Source of the DNA: Diadema antillarum
Lineage: Eukaryota
Direction: 5' to 3'
DNA length: 64,000 nucleotides
NCBI RefSeq assembly: GCF_040938485.1
Contig: NW_027271462.1
Location: 1,922,001-1,986,000, forward strand
Part shown: one piece after another, positions 1-12,656 of the stretch
Layout of the letters: each line of letters opens with the position of its first letter
How positions within the stretch are numbered: the stretch's first letter is position 1
Program-made: the position numbers and the translations under genes
The notes under the pieces: generated by a model
What the model was told of the DNA's origin: nothing
Database searches by the model: none
What the model saw: only the letters and a program-made list of their open reading frames with translations

Positions 1-370
1 GTTTAAACGCATCTCTAAACATCTACGGAAGTGTGTTATTGTTTAAAAGACTTATCGTAAGCAAAATTAAAAATTAAACGCAATTCTGAAAATCAAATAC
101 AAGTCCATCAAATCACACGGAACACTGAAAAGACTTGCGTTTGATAATAACACAAAACTAGAAAATTGTATGAAATTTAAACTCAATTGCGTTTAAACGC
201 AACTCTAAAAATCAAATGCAAATCTGTTTTTAAAACGCAAGAGCGTTGCAGAAAAGACTTGCGGTTCTTGTTCGAAACTAGAAACTGCGTTCAAACGCAT
301 AAAAATGTACGGAAGTGCGTTATTGTTGAAAAGGCTCGCATTATTTTTTATTTCGTAACGGAACTTTCGC
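1..370. repeat. Degenerate tandem repeat, truncated at the window edge
   Basis: Blocks such as TTTAAACGCA-x-CTCT-x-AAAATCAAAT, GAAAAGACTTGCG and ACGGAAGTGxGTTATTGTT recur near 1, 74, 190 and 288. Confidence 0.45.
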
Positions 371-594
371 CGTGACCGAACTTAGTCTGCACTTGCAGGG
401 GAAAGACATCGCAACATTTACACGTTTCAAACTACCGAAACGCATGCTGCTTCAGAAAATGTCAATGAAAAAAAAATGATTACGAATTATTGTTAAAGTT
501 CGCTATGCCGAAGTTTTAAATCTCAGTCCAAAGTTAAATTAGTCCGACAATGGTATAAAAAGGGCCTGGAAGGAGCACAGGGGCAGCTCTCGGT

Positions 595-631
<37 letters not shown>

Positions 632-741
632 GGGTACACAGTGCCCCTCCACCTTTTGGAGGATCAACTAAATGTGCCCTTTTTTCTTTGAAGGTGCCCC
701 TCTTTTCCTGTAAAGGGGGCACACTTTTTCCTAAGGGGCAG

Positions 742-1075
742 TTTTAAGAACAAAAAGGGCACTTTGAGGAACAAAAAGGGCACTTTGAGGAACAAAAAAG
801 GCACTTTGAGGAACAAAAAGGGCACTTTGAGGAACAAAAAGGGCACTTTGAGGAACAAAAAGGGCACTTTGAGGAACGAAAAGGGCACTTTGAGGAACAA
901 AAAGGGCACTGAGGAACAAAAAGGGCACTTTGAGGAACAAAAGGGCACTTTGAGGAACAAAAAGGGCACTTTGAGGAACAAAAAGGGCACTTTGAGGAAC
1001 AAAAAGGGCACTTTGAGGAACAAAAAGGGCACTTTGAGGAACAAAAAGGGCACTTTGAGGAACAAAAGGGCACTT
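742..1075. repeat. 21-bp minisatellite (CTTTGAGGAACAAAAAGGGCA)n, about 15 copies
   Basis: Directly visible near-identical units. It explains the 7-aa repeat ORFs (GTLRNKK, VPFLFLK). AAGGGCAC motifs recur at 1700-1800. Confidence 0.95.
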
Positions 1076-1901
1076 TTAACTTTCAACTAACCAGCCAACC
1101 CGTGTTCACATACAGTGTTACGGGGGTCGGGGATCTGCACAATTTTTTTTTTTTTACATTTTATTTCACTTTTTTTCGCATGCGTGCCCTCGATCAAAAT
1201 TACTTTGAGCATGCGGGCATGAATGCAGAGCGAGAGAGATGGCAACGCTCGCAGCCGTCCGACATGCCTGGCACATGGCTTACGACCACTTGCTCCAGAC
1301 GATTTTAATCTTCCGCATTCCCCACAGTAACACACGCATGCACATAGCACCCACCCAACGCGCTCAACCGCTGATTGCGACACTCGACGTACAGACACCA
1401 TCAACGTACTTCCGTACGTACGCGCGGGCACACTACGAATACAGAAGTGGACTACATCTAGCTAGTAACTCTATGGCCGCTGCGCTGCGGAGGCAGTCGA
1501 CGGAACGGTCAAAGCCGGTCGGCCGTACGTACATGAGTACAAGTGTACGTCGTCTCGTTGAGTTTGAATCAGATACGGGACGTGAGTGAACTGAACAGAA
1601 GGTATGATATTTGAGATGAGGAAATTTGTTCAAGCTTATTGAAGTGTAGACTTTGAGAAAGGGCATATTATACGTCATAAACAAGAACTTTCATTCTAAA
1701 AGGGCACCACGGCCACAAGAAAAAGGGCACTTTTTTTTTGGCCGTAACTTTGATCACGGAAGAAAGGGCATTGCGGCCAACGAGAGGGGCACCGACGGCC
1801 ATGGCCGTCGGTGGCCGTCGGTTAATTCGAGGCCTGATATATATACACTAGTTTTTGGCCATGAAGGTATCATTCATTCATAACATTGTGTGTATCTTTA
1901 C

Positions 1902-4503
1902 CTGTCTGAAGGCCTTCTTGCCAGGAAGCGGCTCAATGCTGAATCTCAACTGAGCATCCACCCCTGTAAATGAAAGATGAAAAGAGCAAGTGATAAAATC
2001 ACAAAATGTCTCATGGTGAAGAGTCTTTCTCCTTGTGCATGGTGGCTAGTTCATTGTTTGCATACATTATGGATTGAGGCACATTATTTTGCAACATGGC
2101 TCCTCTTATCTGTTGTTTTGACATAATTTCAAAAAGAAGCATACATTTTTACTGTAAATAAAATCTGCTTGCTTATAAGCTGATGTAAAATCATCTATGA
2201 CCATGTTAATACTTAGCACAATGTCACAATTTTACCAAACCATCTTTTTAGATGCATTGATAATTATGTACTGTAATATGGACTGGTGATGAATTTGCCA
2301 CAGTCTTGCATTGTACTTGTTCTCTGTGACAGCAATGTTCATAATAAGTATGCCAAGGTGTTGTAGTCACATACACCCACAACACAACCTTATCAACGCA
2401 GACATACTTCGCTTCTGCGACACAGCTTGGAGAATGGCTGTCAGGACATCCTGGTTCTTCTGCCGCTTGGCCAAGTAGCGATCCCGCCTCTTCAGCTGCT
2501 TAATGAGTCGCCCGGACAGGACAGCCGTGCCATGCTGGAGGTCTCTAACCATATCACGGAGTTCACTGGAGGCTGCCAGCATACGTACATTGGTAAAAAA
2601 GATAAGTGATAATAAATGACATCAAAACAACAGATATTGAAATCAACAAACCAAAGCAATTTAGAAACTACAATCTACTGAGCAAGCACAAATACTCTGA
2701 TCCTTGACGTCACATTAGGTGCAGCTTTTGAGCTATGAATTAATGATTTACTGCATAAGTAAGTAAGTTTGTAAAATGTCATTCACACATACTTTTCTTG
2801 ACTGAATTTTTCTCACTTAGCAAAGTTGGTGGCATTAAGAAAAATTTGTAGCAGTTGGGAATTGAATTCATGATGAACTGTAATAAGATAAATAGTTCAC
2901 AGAATCGTCCTGAGCTCACATATCTAAATATCTCAGTCTTTTAAACCTCATTGGTCATTCACACTCTCACATGCAAAATATAAAGATTCCATCTGATGCA
3001 ACCTGTGACACATTATGAAGTAGCCCGTAAGAGTCTAGACCGAAAGACTTCCATATGTACCCCCCACTTACAATACACCTAGATCTACATTGTATGAGCT
3101 TCCTCTGAAGTCTGCATTTCCCTAGCTAGTGTAGGACACCGAGATCAATGTTACCCTAACTCTAACCCTAACCCTAATCCTAAACTGAGTAAACTCTAAT
3201 CCTATAATCCCAAAGCCACCTAAACTTATTCATGTTACGATTATTATTTATACATGATGCACAGCGGGGGGTACATATGGAAGTCTTGCCGTCTAGACAA
3301 TGACCAGATACATTTAGTACAAGTTTTGTACATTGTGCTCAAAATATTACCTTTACTTTGCTTTTCCATTTCAATTCAATTCTATCATGCGATTCACAAG
3401 GTCCAGAATCAGGATTATTTGATTTGATCTTTCTTTTTTTCTTTTTTTTCCATCTGTGTAGAAACTCGTCCATAAACTGATTTGCTCAGTGGTCTAGACC
3501 TCTACCACTCGTGGCCAGGCATGCTTGGCCTTGGTAGCAACTTGCAGTAACTCAACTTTATGAAAAGTCCAATAATTCACTTCATCTGCATTAAAACATC
3601 TACACAATGCATTAATAATAATAGTATACCTCCACAAATGGAAGTAATTCTGAAGTTTAGGGCATCCAAATACCGGTATACCATACCGGTACCACCATAA
3701 TAAATAAACATCCCACTCAATTACAGTTATTGACAATAACACTCCATGACATGAGTTTTTAAGAGATCACATACGTCGTAGGGTAGGGCCAACAACGATC
3801 AGCACACCAATCGTATATCAAGCGGCTTATAAAATTAAAAGCCATAAAACATAACATCTAACTAACTGCACAAAAGCACTTTCTTAAGTCTTCTGTGCTC
3901 ACATTTGGCATTAAGAATAGCTTTGGGGAGACGAGACGACTCTTGAAAACTGTCGCCCTTGCTGCTCAGGTAGGCACCGTCTGATGAACATTCGGTGAAG
4001 CCATCACTATCCACACACGGGCGAATGTTTGTGTGACACCTGTCGTAGATTTCACACAGCAGGCCATCCAAGATGGAATCTTTTCTCTCGCGGACTTCGC
4101 TTTCGTCCCTCTCTGTTTCGATGCTGTCAAAGCTGTCGAACTTTTCTAGCATGTGCTGCTGTTTAAATGAAGCATTAGCCCGACTTAAGTCTGAAAGGTC
4201 TTGCTGAGAATCTGAAGGGTTGACCGGAGAAAGAGCAGAAGGTGATGGACATGGAGAGGTCGTATCGCACACATCCAAAACGCCGAGGTTGGTCATGTAT
4301 TGGCCACTACCGCAGGCCTGTACTTGGGCCTCCGCTCCGCTCGAATTCGAGTCCTCGTCAAGTACGATTTCGACATATTCCCCGCTGGTTTCTACATTTG
4401 CAGTGACACTAGAGGACTGGACACCTTGATTATGTAATACTCTCGACAATGCGAAAGGGAGAAACAAATCATCCAAATCTGAATTATCGTCCGGTTCTTC
4501 CAT
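1902..4503 (-). CDS. TBC1D30: TBC1 domain family member 30, first three coding exons; gene continues beyond the left edge
   Basis: Exons 4503-3903, 2572-2408 and 1963-1902 have GT-AG ends and keep frame (828 nt). Peptides SILDGLLCEIYD and ELRDMVRDLQ...LIKQLKRRDRYLAKRQKNQDVLTAILQAVSQKRRVDAQLRFSIEP match the recalled N-terminal (DUF4682-type) region of vertebrate TBC1D30. Confidence 0.85.
3041..3290. mobile_element. hAT-like MITE with telomere-like core
   Basis: Inverted ends (AAGACTTCCATATGTACCCCC / GGGGGTACATATGGAAGTCTT), 8-bp flanking direct repeat GTCTAGAC (3033-3040, 3291-3298), internal TAACCC/TAATCC runs. Confidence 0.75.
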
Positions 4504-5180
4504 ATTGGTTACCTGGCCTTGGTCATCTTAGTCTAGAAACACCCAAGCTGCTTCTCTGTACAACATTATCGTCGCGTACTAACTGCATAAACTGTACATA
4601 TTCACTGCATGCAATGAATGCAGCATTTATATGCCGCCGCCGCGTCGCGGCGCTCCGGTGCGTTGACGGAGTACTTGCAGTGCACATCACACACACGGTA
4701 CACACGTAAACACTTTACACGTCACTGCAGCAGCTTGACACAGGTACACTACTCAGTACGTGCATAGCCGCATCATCGCTTTCTTATACTAGTACTTCGT
4801 ACCTGTTTCAGAAGAATCCACCTGTTTTTCTCTACATGTATACATATTATGCTTAGTCTGAAAAAGAAAGTTGATGAGCAGAGGATTAAAGGAGAAAATA
4901 AATTCAGGCAAATTAAATGCATTCTTAAACAAAACACACACACACACTCAAAGAGGTGAAAAAACTGACTGGATTCTGACTGGATGAGAGGAAAGCCGTG
5001 TTTGATCTCTGGTGTTCAGAATGAGATTATATTAAACTTTGAAAAAAAATATTGATAATCATGAAGACAGGTCCCTATATATGCCCTAGAAGGATACGTT
5101 ACAGGCCTACTGCAAAAGGTGATGTATGTAGCTCTACCTGATAATCCTTCCAACAACCCCACCACCACCACACACACGAT

Positions 5181-6130
5181 ATTTTTTTTCTTTATCCTCC
5201 TTCGAGGGACTTTATTTCATTTCAGATATCTAAAAAAGTTCACAAAAACATACAGAGAGCAGGATGTACGAACATAGAAAATAAGGGTACAAACAACTAA
5301 TTATCAAAATCATATCATCACATGAATTTCGATTCCTCTGGTGAAATTATACTTCAAATATATCCAAAATACTTCATAAGTGTGTCATTACCTCAACATA
5401 TTAATTTCTGCATCCACAGTTAATCAAATATAATTTTTATGATTCAACTTCTGCTCTAATTCATAAAATTGCCTTTGCGTGAAATCAAGTAGCTTTTTTT
5501 TTAAGCCAAAAATTTCAAATTCATAATGAGCTCTGTTCTAAAATCTGTCAATAATGCGAAAACATTCGTTGCTTTTGTTGTATAATTGCCAAGTATATAT
5601 AAACGAAAAATCGTATATTGGGCAAAAACTAATATCGAAAAATTCAACAACATCAAAGATTTATCTCTTACATTAAATCCTGTTAATATCATTCGCTCAT
5701 TCACAGTGATAGGCCCTATCAATATGAAAATAAACGCATATAAAATTTGATATTTTTTCCCCAATATAACTTCGTATCTGGGCAATATAACATAACATGC
5801 CAAATAGATTCAGCTTCGCTGCATTTCTTACAAATCATGTCAGACGTAATTTTCCATTCTACTAAATTTTCTTTAAGTGGTAATATTCTATTTAATAATT
5901 TAAAACTATATTGCTTTATTCTATTATTAAATGACTTTCCAAACTTGAAATCAAACAACACCTTCCAATCAATTTCTGGAGGTATATGCAATATTTTTGT
6001 CCAAAAGTATATCACACTTAACTCAGATTTCATTTCATCCAGCAATAACAAATAAAACACACACGAGATTGATTCCCCACAGGAAGGTTCACACTCAAGC
6101 CGATTTTTAATCATAAAAACAGCAACTTGA
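5181..6130 (-). mobile_element. 5'-truncated, frameshifted non-LTR retrotransposon fragment (L1/Tx1-like ORF2 C-terminus)
   Basis: Overlapping ORFs 6114-5719 and 5803-5501 carry FKLLNRILPL and a C-x2-C-x7-H-x4-C knuckle (CKKCSEAESIWHVMLYC). AATAAA and an A-tail lie on the minus strand at about 5181-5220. Confidence 0.8.
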
Positions 6131-6522
6131 TTTTAGTGCGCCACCACACACCAAATAAGGAGATTTTGAGCATTTATAATAATTATAGAGACCTCTATTG
6201 TACATCCGTAGGAGCGAACAAAGGGAACAAATGAATGAGAAAAGCAAGCAAAAAAAAAAAAACAACAACCAAAAAAACCAAAAAAAAAAAACCAAGAATC
6301 CGAAGCAACTTACAACTTGAATGTCATTAGAATAAACTTTATGTCTATGTTATCCAACTCTGCATCACGACATTACGTTTTGCTCGTGCGACGATTGCTG
6401 CGGTGTTATTTTCTCCAAGGACCAAGGGTTGACACCAACTTGTTTGGTATGACGTAGGGTTTTAGATCAAAGGACAAGTCCACCTCTACATTATACATGT
6501 GGATTGAATGAATGCAGCAATA

Positions 6523-6761
6523 TTTGAAGAGTTTGTTCGCGAAAACCGATAAGTCCATATTTACCGAATGGAGACATTTGCGATTAAAGGTCAAGAAAAA
6601 TAAAGAGAAAAAAATTGCTTCTTTTGACCATAACTTCAATTTTTTTTGTTTATGTAGTGACCAATATATCATTTAAAAGGTTATTTGTACTTTATGACAG
6701 AGACCGTACTTCAAAATCTTCAAAAATGGACTTATCGGTTTTTGCAAACAAACTCTTCAAA
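6523..6761. mobile_element. MITE with long TIRs and TA flanks (Tc1/mariner-like)
   Basis: TTTGAAGAGTTTGTTCGCGAAAACCGATAAGTCCAT is inverted at the right end, TA on both sides. A second copy lies at about 57398-57635. Confidence 0.8.
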
Positions 6762-7299
6762 TATATCGAATTTTCTTTGTATCGTTCTGTATACCTATTA
6801 CACATCATATGCTGTATGGTTGACCGCATTAGTGCGGGGGGGGGGGGATCATGATGTCATCATTTCATGATTATATAAACTGCGGTAAAGATAACATCAC
6901 ACCCCTTACAAAGTTATTGTGAGTGAGCTTCATCTTAAGGTTCGTTATATTCCGAACGGTTTGTTTATCCGAAAATGGGGGACGGATATACCGTATATGA
7001 TATGCAGTCACGATGTAACACTGTTCAATATGCTGATCGAGCGCTGACATGTATTTAATATTTGACCGCTGCATGGTCCTGGAAATCATTTGGTTTGTAA
7101 AATTCGTTGTGTGTGTGTGTGTGTTTTTTGTTTTTTTTTTTTTACTTTAGTTTTTACGCAGTTTTAATTGAGAACTCAAGATGCACTCAAATGTGTATGA
7201 TTTCATTTTTCTCATTGTTAATGTATTACAGAGACAATATAGGCCCCCTACAATATTTCAATTTAAGATAAGTTGCCTAGCGATCCAGTTTTAAAGTGA

Positions 7300-7819
7300 G
7301 ATGCTTCGTGTAAGCAAGATAAGAACAAAACATGATGATGACGCGGACAAAATGACAATGTTTATTGTGTTCACACATGACATTTATATTGTTTAGAAGG
7401 CAAAATGTTATCACGGCGCAGCGGCTGCAATTTCTTTCGTTCCGAAGCGATCGCCGATTGGATCAAAAGAGGACGCCAACGGTTTCGAACATTGACGGGG
7501 GGTCGCAGAAAAACCAAATCGAACAAGATAAGAACAAAACGTAATGATGACGCGGACGAAATGACAATGTTTATTGTGTTCACACATGTCATTTTATATT
7601 TAGCAGGCAAAATGTTACGGTGCAGCGGCTGCAATTTCTTCGTTCTGAAGCGATCCGCCGATTGGATCAAAAGAGGGCGCCAACGGTTTCGAACATTGGG
7701 GGGGGGGGGGGGGAGGAGGGGGGCGCAGAAAAACCAACTCAAACAAGATTAGAACGAAACATGATGATGACGCGGATATATAGAAATGACCGAGTTTATT
7801 GTTCACACATTTATTGTTG

Positions 7820-7867
<48 letters not shown>

Positions 7868-8619
7868 CACACAAACCCTCGCCCGGACACGTCACATTCT
7901 TCATTGGCGGGGGGGGGGGGGGGGCAGAAAACCAAGTCAAACAAGATAAGAACAAAACATGATGATGACGCGGACAAAATGACAATGTTTATTGTTGACG
8001 TTGTTCACACATGTCATTGAATTACTAAGTATCAACCATAATCTATTATTGAAGAGAATCCCGTACTTCCTATATACGAACATGTTCAGAAAATGCTCAC
8101 ACTGATTTGTAAGTTTTAGCAAGCTTTTGGATTTTATTGTCGCATGATCTGTTATTTTGTACAGGGCAAGCCACCAGGGCAAGCCAACAGTGTGCCAGCA
8201 TTACAACGAAGAATGAAATAAGTGCAATGTTTCCTATACACAGAAATATGCAAATTTCGGCTCACTCGCTCGTACTAATTAAGTATTTTTTTCACGTCCT
8301 CAGTTTGTTGGTATAAATTGTTATCTGTAAGGCCGTCACTATATCTTGATTAGAATTGTAAGATTTAATAACCCCAAAATGACAAGAATTCCATGTAAGC
8401 TGAAATACAAAAATTTTCGGCTCGCTCACTCGCCAAAATTTATCAAAATTTAGTACATTTAAATCACCCTCAAAAGACCCCGTGCTTGCAAAAGCACATG
8501 TGGACTTTTTTTTAGTCCCACAGGAGGGATGGGGTTGGGGTTGAACACTTTTTCAGAAATTGATAGGGGCGCAATTTTCGCGTTTGCCCCGGGCTCCGTT
8601 TTCCCTAGATACGCCACTG
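7300..8619. repeat. Composite repeat: four ~215-bp units, a (CA)n tract and a transposon-like right end
   Basis: CAAGATAAGAACAAAACATGATGATGACGCGGAC recurs near 7315, 7525, 7745 and 7945. 8240-8560 matches units at 59100-60050. Ends in CTAGATACGCCACTG; no matching left end found. Confidence 0.7.
7823..7872. repeat. (CA)n microsatellite
   Basis: Directly visible. Others at about 38862-38892, 43785-43812 and 47155-47183. Confidence 0.95.
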
Positions 8620-8662
8620 TCCGTGACAACTGAAATTGTAGGTCTAAATTGACGTTTCCTTG

Positions 8663-8822
8663 CAGGGGCGGATCCAGGAATTCCGTAAAGAGGGGGCGTG
8701 TTTACAAAATTAAAGGGGGGTGCGCGCACCCCTCCCCCTTTTTTTCTTTTTTTTTTCCTTTTGTTTCAACAAAATATAAAGGGGGCGTGCGCCGGTTGCG
8801 GTCCTCCCTGTATCCACCCCTG
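8663..8822. mobile_element. 160-bp MITE with 5-bp TSD
   Basis: Ends CAGGGGCGGATCCAGG ... CCTGTATCCACCCCTG, flanked by CCTTG at 8658-8662 and 8823-8827. Confidence 0.8.
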
Positions 8823-10204
8823 CCTTGTATATATTCAAAAGCAATTTTTGTGGATACCAATAGCAGGCACTGAAGGAAAGCATGGCATGCTCCTATTAAT
8901 TTCGGGATTTTTTCCCCTGCATTATCACATTTAATATTTACATTATTTTTTTACTTATTTTTTTTTACTTATGTTATTTACAATGATTACATTATTTTGA
9001 TTCATGATTAAACTATCTAACAGCACTCTTTTTCTAATTTTCCAGCATCTATCAAAGGTATTCATTTTGTCTAAAAGCTCTTTATGCGAGCACTCATGTT
9101 TTTGTATTTGAGTGCTTTTAGAATATAATATCTCGATGTTTTGTACCATACATAGTGACTGATGTCTGGATGGATTTCTTTTTTTTAAATAGAAAAATGA
9201 TCTGTGGTGTAATATCAGAATCACTAATCATCAAAACATATCCCCTCTCTTATTAAACCCCAGCATGCAAGAACGTAGCAAATTCAGCTGAATTCGGAAT
9301 CGGATTCCCTTCAGTTCTCCGTTTTAAGTTGACCCCCTCCCCCGCAACCATGATGAGTTTGAAACATGAAAAAAAAAAAATCATTGTTGGATGAAAAGAC
9401 ATAATCTTTATGAAATATCATTACACAAAAATATCAAGTAGATAAAACTCGCAATTTTTAATTCAAATTTTACTCTGGTAATGTACGCAAGTGAGTGCTC
9501 CGGTATGTTTTGAGATGACCATCGAGATGTGTGCAATGGTTGCAGACGGACAATTTGGAGCGTTAAGGCTACTAAAACGGAAATAGCGCTTTTCCTTTTA
9601 CATTTTCGCATTTACAACACAATATGAACCATTGGCGCAAGTTTTCGATGAGAATTGAGTGGCGAATAAATGCTGCGTATGGTGTATCGACAACAGTGGA
9701 ATAGCTTTGAATATTGTTTTGTTGATGAACAGAATCTAGATTCTAACTGATGGGAGGCTCTTGAACCAGCTGTTCAATTTGTAAGTATCTAAGCCGAGTG
9801 GAAGTACATTTTATAACCACAAGAGTAATAACTCCATTTGGTGTATGATTGCAATGTCAGTCGAGTTGGTCAATCGAGATCGTACGTGACAGACGTAGCG
9901 TTACTACTATAGTACAGTGTACAGTAGTGATCTCATAGACTACAGTTCTGCTTCGACTTCGCGTAGCTTCATAGTCCCACACGGTGTAATTTTGGGTAGG
10001 TATTGCCCGGAATATGAATGTTAGCCTTTTATGATTAATACTGGAATCATATGATTTCTGTTTCGCACCTGGAAATACATTTTCAATTTCTTCAGCGACA
10101 GGAATTATTTGAAACTATTTTTTTTTTCAATAACACTGACAGTTGTTTTTTTCCTATTTATAACAAGACTCAACACTCAAGTTGAGTCTCATGAGACTCA
10201 ACTC

Positions 10205-11572
10205 CAGTCCGGGAAACCCGCTCATGAGGACCGCCCCCGCGTACGAGGATGGTCCCTCCTCATGAGGACCTCCCCCCGCCTCATGAGGCCCCCCATTCAC
10301 TTCTTATTCATCTCACATCTGACATATAAATTGTCGCAACTTTGCACGGTGATTTTTTGTTACACACACATGTCCACTATCCATGATGAAAAGAAGAAAA
10401 AATCCTGTCTGTTTTTTTTTTTTTTAAATCGAGTTTTAATCACCCGATGCAGAGCGCCCATCAAAACACGGGCGCCAGCGCGTTCGCACAATGCAAGACT
10501 GCCGCACCTAGCGGCCTGATCCGACTAAATATTTTCGATGCTTTTTTCTGCGGCTCTCACCTCTCCGCGCACGAATCAGCCTCGTGAAGCTGAAGTCTGA
10601 CATCTTTTTACACAAATTCGTAACGAGAAAAATTAAATCAGTACTAACCTGATCTTGTCCATATATTCCAAATTACTATTCCACACTGATAGAGTAGGTG
10701 GGTAGATGACATACTCCAGTTTGTTAGCAAAATAATTACTTTGTAGGTATGACGAGTTCACTTTCTTCGTCAATTCCGCCCACGATTCCGCCGCCCGCTT
10801 ACCGTTTGGGCGCTTTCTCTGGAATCATCCCGCGACGCGACGTACGTCGCATCACATCACGCATTCCAGCACATACCAGTCTGGTACTTAGTATGTGCTG
10901 GATGCGTGATGTGATGCGACGTACGTCGCGTCGCGGGATGATTCCAGAAAAAGCGCCCAAACGGCGGCATCGTGGGCGGAATTGACGAAGAAAGTGAACT
11001 CGTCATACCTACAAAGTGATTATTTTGCTAACAAACTGGAGTATGTCATCTACCCACCTACTCTATCAGTGTGGAATAGTAATTTGGAATATATGGACAA
11101 GATCAGGTTAGTACTGATTTAATTTTTCTCGTTACGAATTTGTGTAAAAAGATGTCAGACTTCAGCTTCACGAGGCTGATTCGTGCGCGGAGAGGTGAGA
11201 GCCGCAGAAAAAAGCATCGAAAATATTTAGTCGGATCAGGCCGCTAGGTGCGGCAGTCTTGCATTGTGCGAACGCGCTGGCGCCCGTGTTTTGATGGGCG
11301 CTCTGCATCGGGTGATTAAAACTCGATTAAAAAAAAAAAAACAGACAGGATTTTTTCTTCTTTTCATCATGGATAGTGGACATGTGTGTGTAACAAAAAA
11401 TCACCGTGCAAAGTTGCGACAATTTATACGTCAGATGTGAGATGAATAAGAAGTGAATGGGGGGCCTCATGAGGCGTTCCCCGGGGGGCCTCATGAGGCG
11501 GGGGGAGGTCCTCATGAGGAGGGACCATTCTCGTACGCGGGGGCGGTCCTCATGAGCGGGTTTCCCGGACTG
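10205..11572. mobile_element. 1368-bp foldback element with 5-bp TSD
   Basis: Arm 10205-10876 is the reverse complement of arm 10891-11572 apart from a few substitutions and indels, with a 14-nt spacer. Termini CAGTCC...GGACTG. AACTC at 10200-10204 and 11573-11577. Confidence 0.9.
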
Positions 11573-12656
11573 AACTCAAAGGCAAAGCTAGGCTAGGCAA
11601 ATTGCTACTGCTAGGCTTTAGGGGCAGGGCCTAGGCTAGGGCAAGGGGGGTGGCAAAGCTAACAAATAATTTAAATTTAATATTGATGGAAGACTGCGAT
11701 CACAGCAACTGTAACGTTAGGTTTAATTATGAATAAGTGTAAATTTAGATAAAAGTTAAGAATCTACTGTAAAATTGTGTGAGGTTCAGTATTTATAAAC
11801 TGGGGTTTAGGGCCTACTCAAATTTGGGTTAACTATGGCATGCAGCATCTGTCAGCAGCAGCATGCACTTACGATATACGCACATGCATGATGACATGAC
11901 ATCCAATAGGTTTTATTGATGGATGATGGATAGGGTCTAGATGTCACATAGATCAATAATAATATTCACAAGGCTACATTAGTCATTACAAGATTCATAT
12001 CCCTTGCAAAGAATTCGGAAACTTTTTTTTTTTCTTTCAAGAGAATGCTATTGGCATTGCCCATGTTACATAAAACTGAATACTGTAATGTGTAAATTAT
12101 GCATGTTTGAAATTAGATATCTGAGCTCTGATAGGTCTAGGTCATTGTGTCTCCACAATTATACCGCTTGACTTTTATATTTTCTTTTCCTGTTTTTTTT
12201 TCTGTGTGTGGTTTTTGTTGTTGTTGCACTGAAGAAAGTCTGTGAACTGGTTCTGTGATTTGCATACAAAGTCCAACTACATCTTACAGGAATAAAAAAG
12301 AACAATTTTGCACTGCTTGATTTTTGTCCCATCAAATTACACTTGGCCCATTTGCATTTTACCCTGTACCATTTAGATAGGGGTGTAAACTTAAAACCAA
12401 AGTACCAGGATGAGCTGATTGACCTTTTCCATTATGTTCTACTTCTATTTTGGAGCTTGGAATGACATCAAGACAATCTTACCACACTAGTAGAGTAGTA
12501 CTAAGAAATGTGGAATTGCTTTTCAATTTCTTTCTGCCTTTCAAAATGTTCTGATACAACAAGGTACAATTATATGCTTTATTGACCTTTGCAGCTTAAA
12601 CTTCCCTATTGATGTTTAACAAATTAGATGCTGTTGCTGCCGATGGACAAAGATGA

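Noticed and set aside
664-1090. Several 69-140 aa ORFs with heptad repeats
   Set aside because: They are translations of the 21-bp minisatellite, open in multiple frames on both strands.
1078-1693. 8-bp direct repeat AACTTTCA around a 600-bp CpG-rich block as a TSD
   Set aside because: No TIR or poly(A) tail between the repeats; could be chance.
5165-6156. CCACCACACA-like sequence on both sides of the LINE fragment as a TSD
   Set aside because: Low complexity and mismatched next to the tail; insufficient support.
10205-11572. Palindrome as a chimeric-read assembly artefact
   Set aside because: The arms differ by substitutions and indels, and an exact 5-bp TSD flanks the structure.
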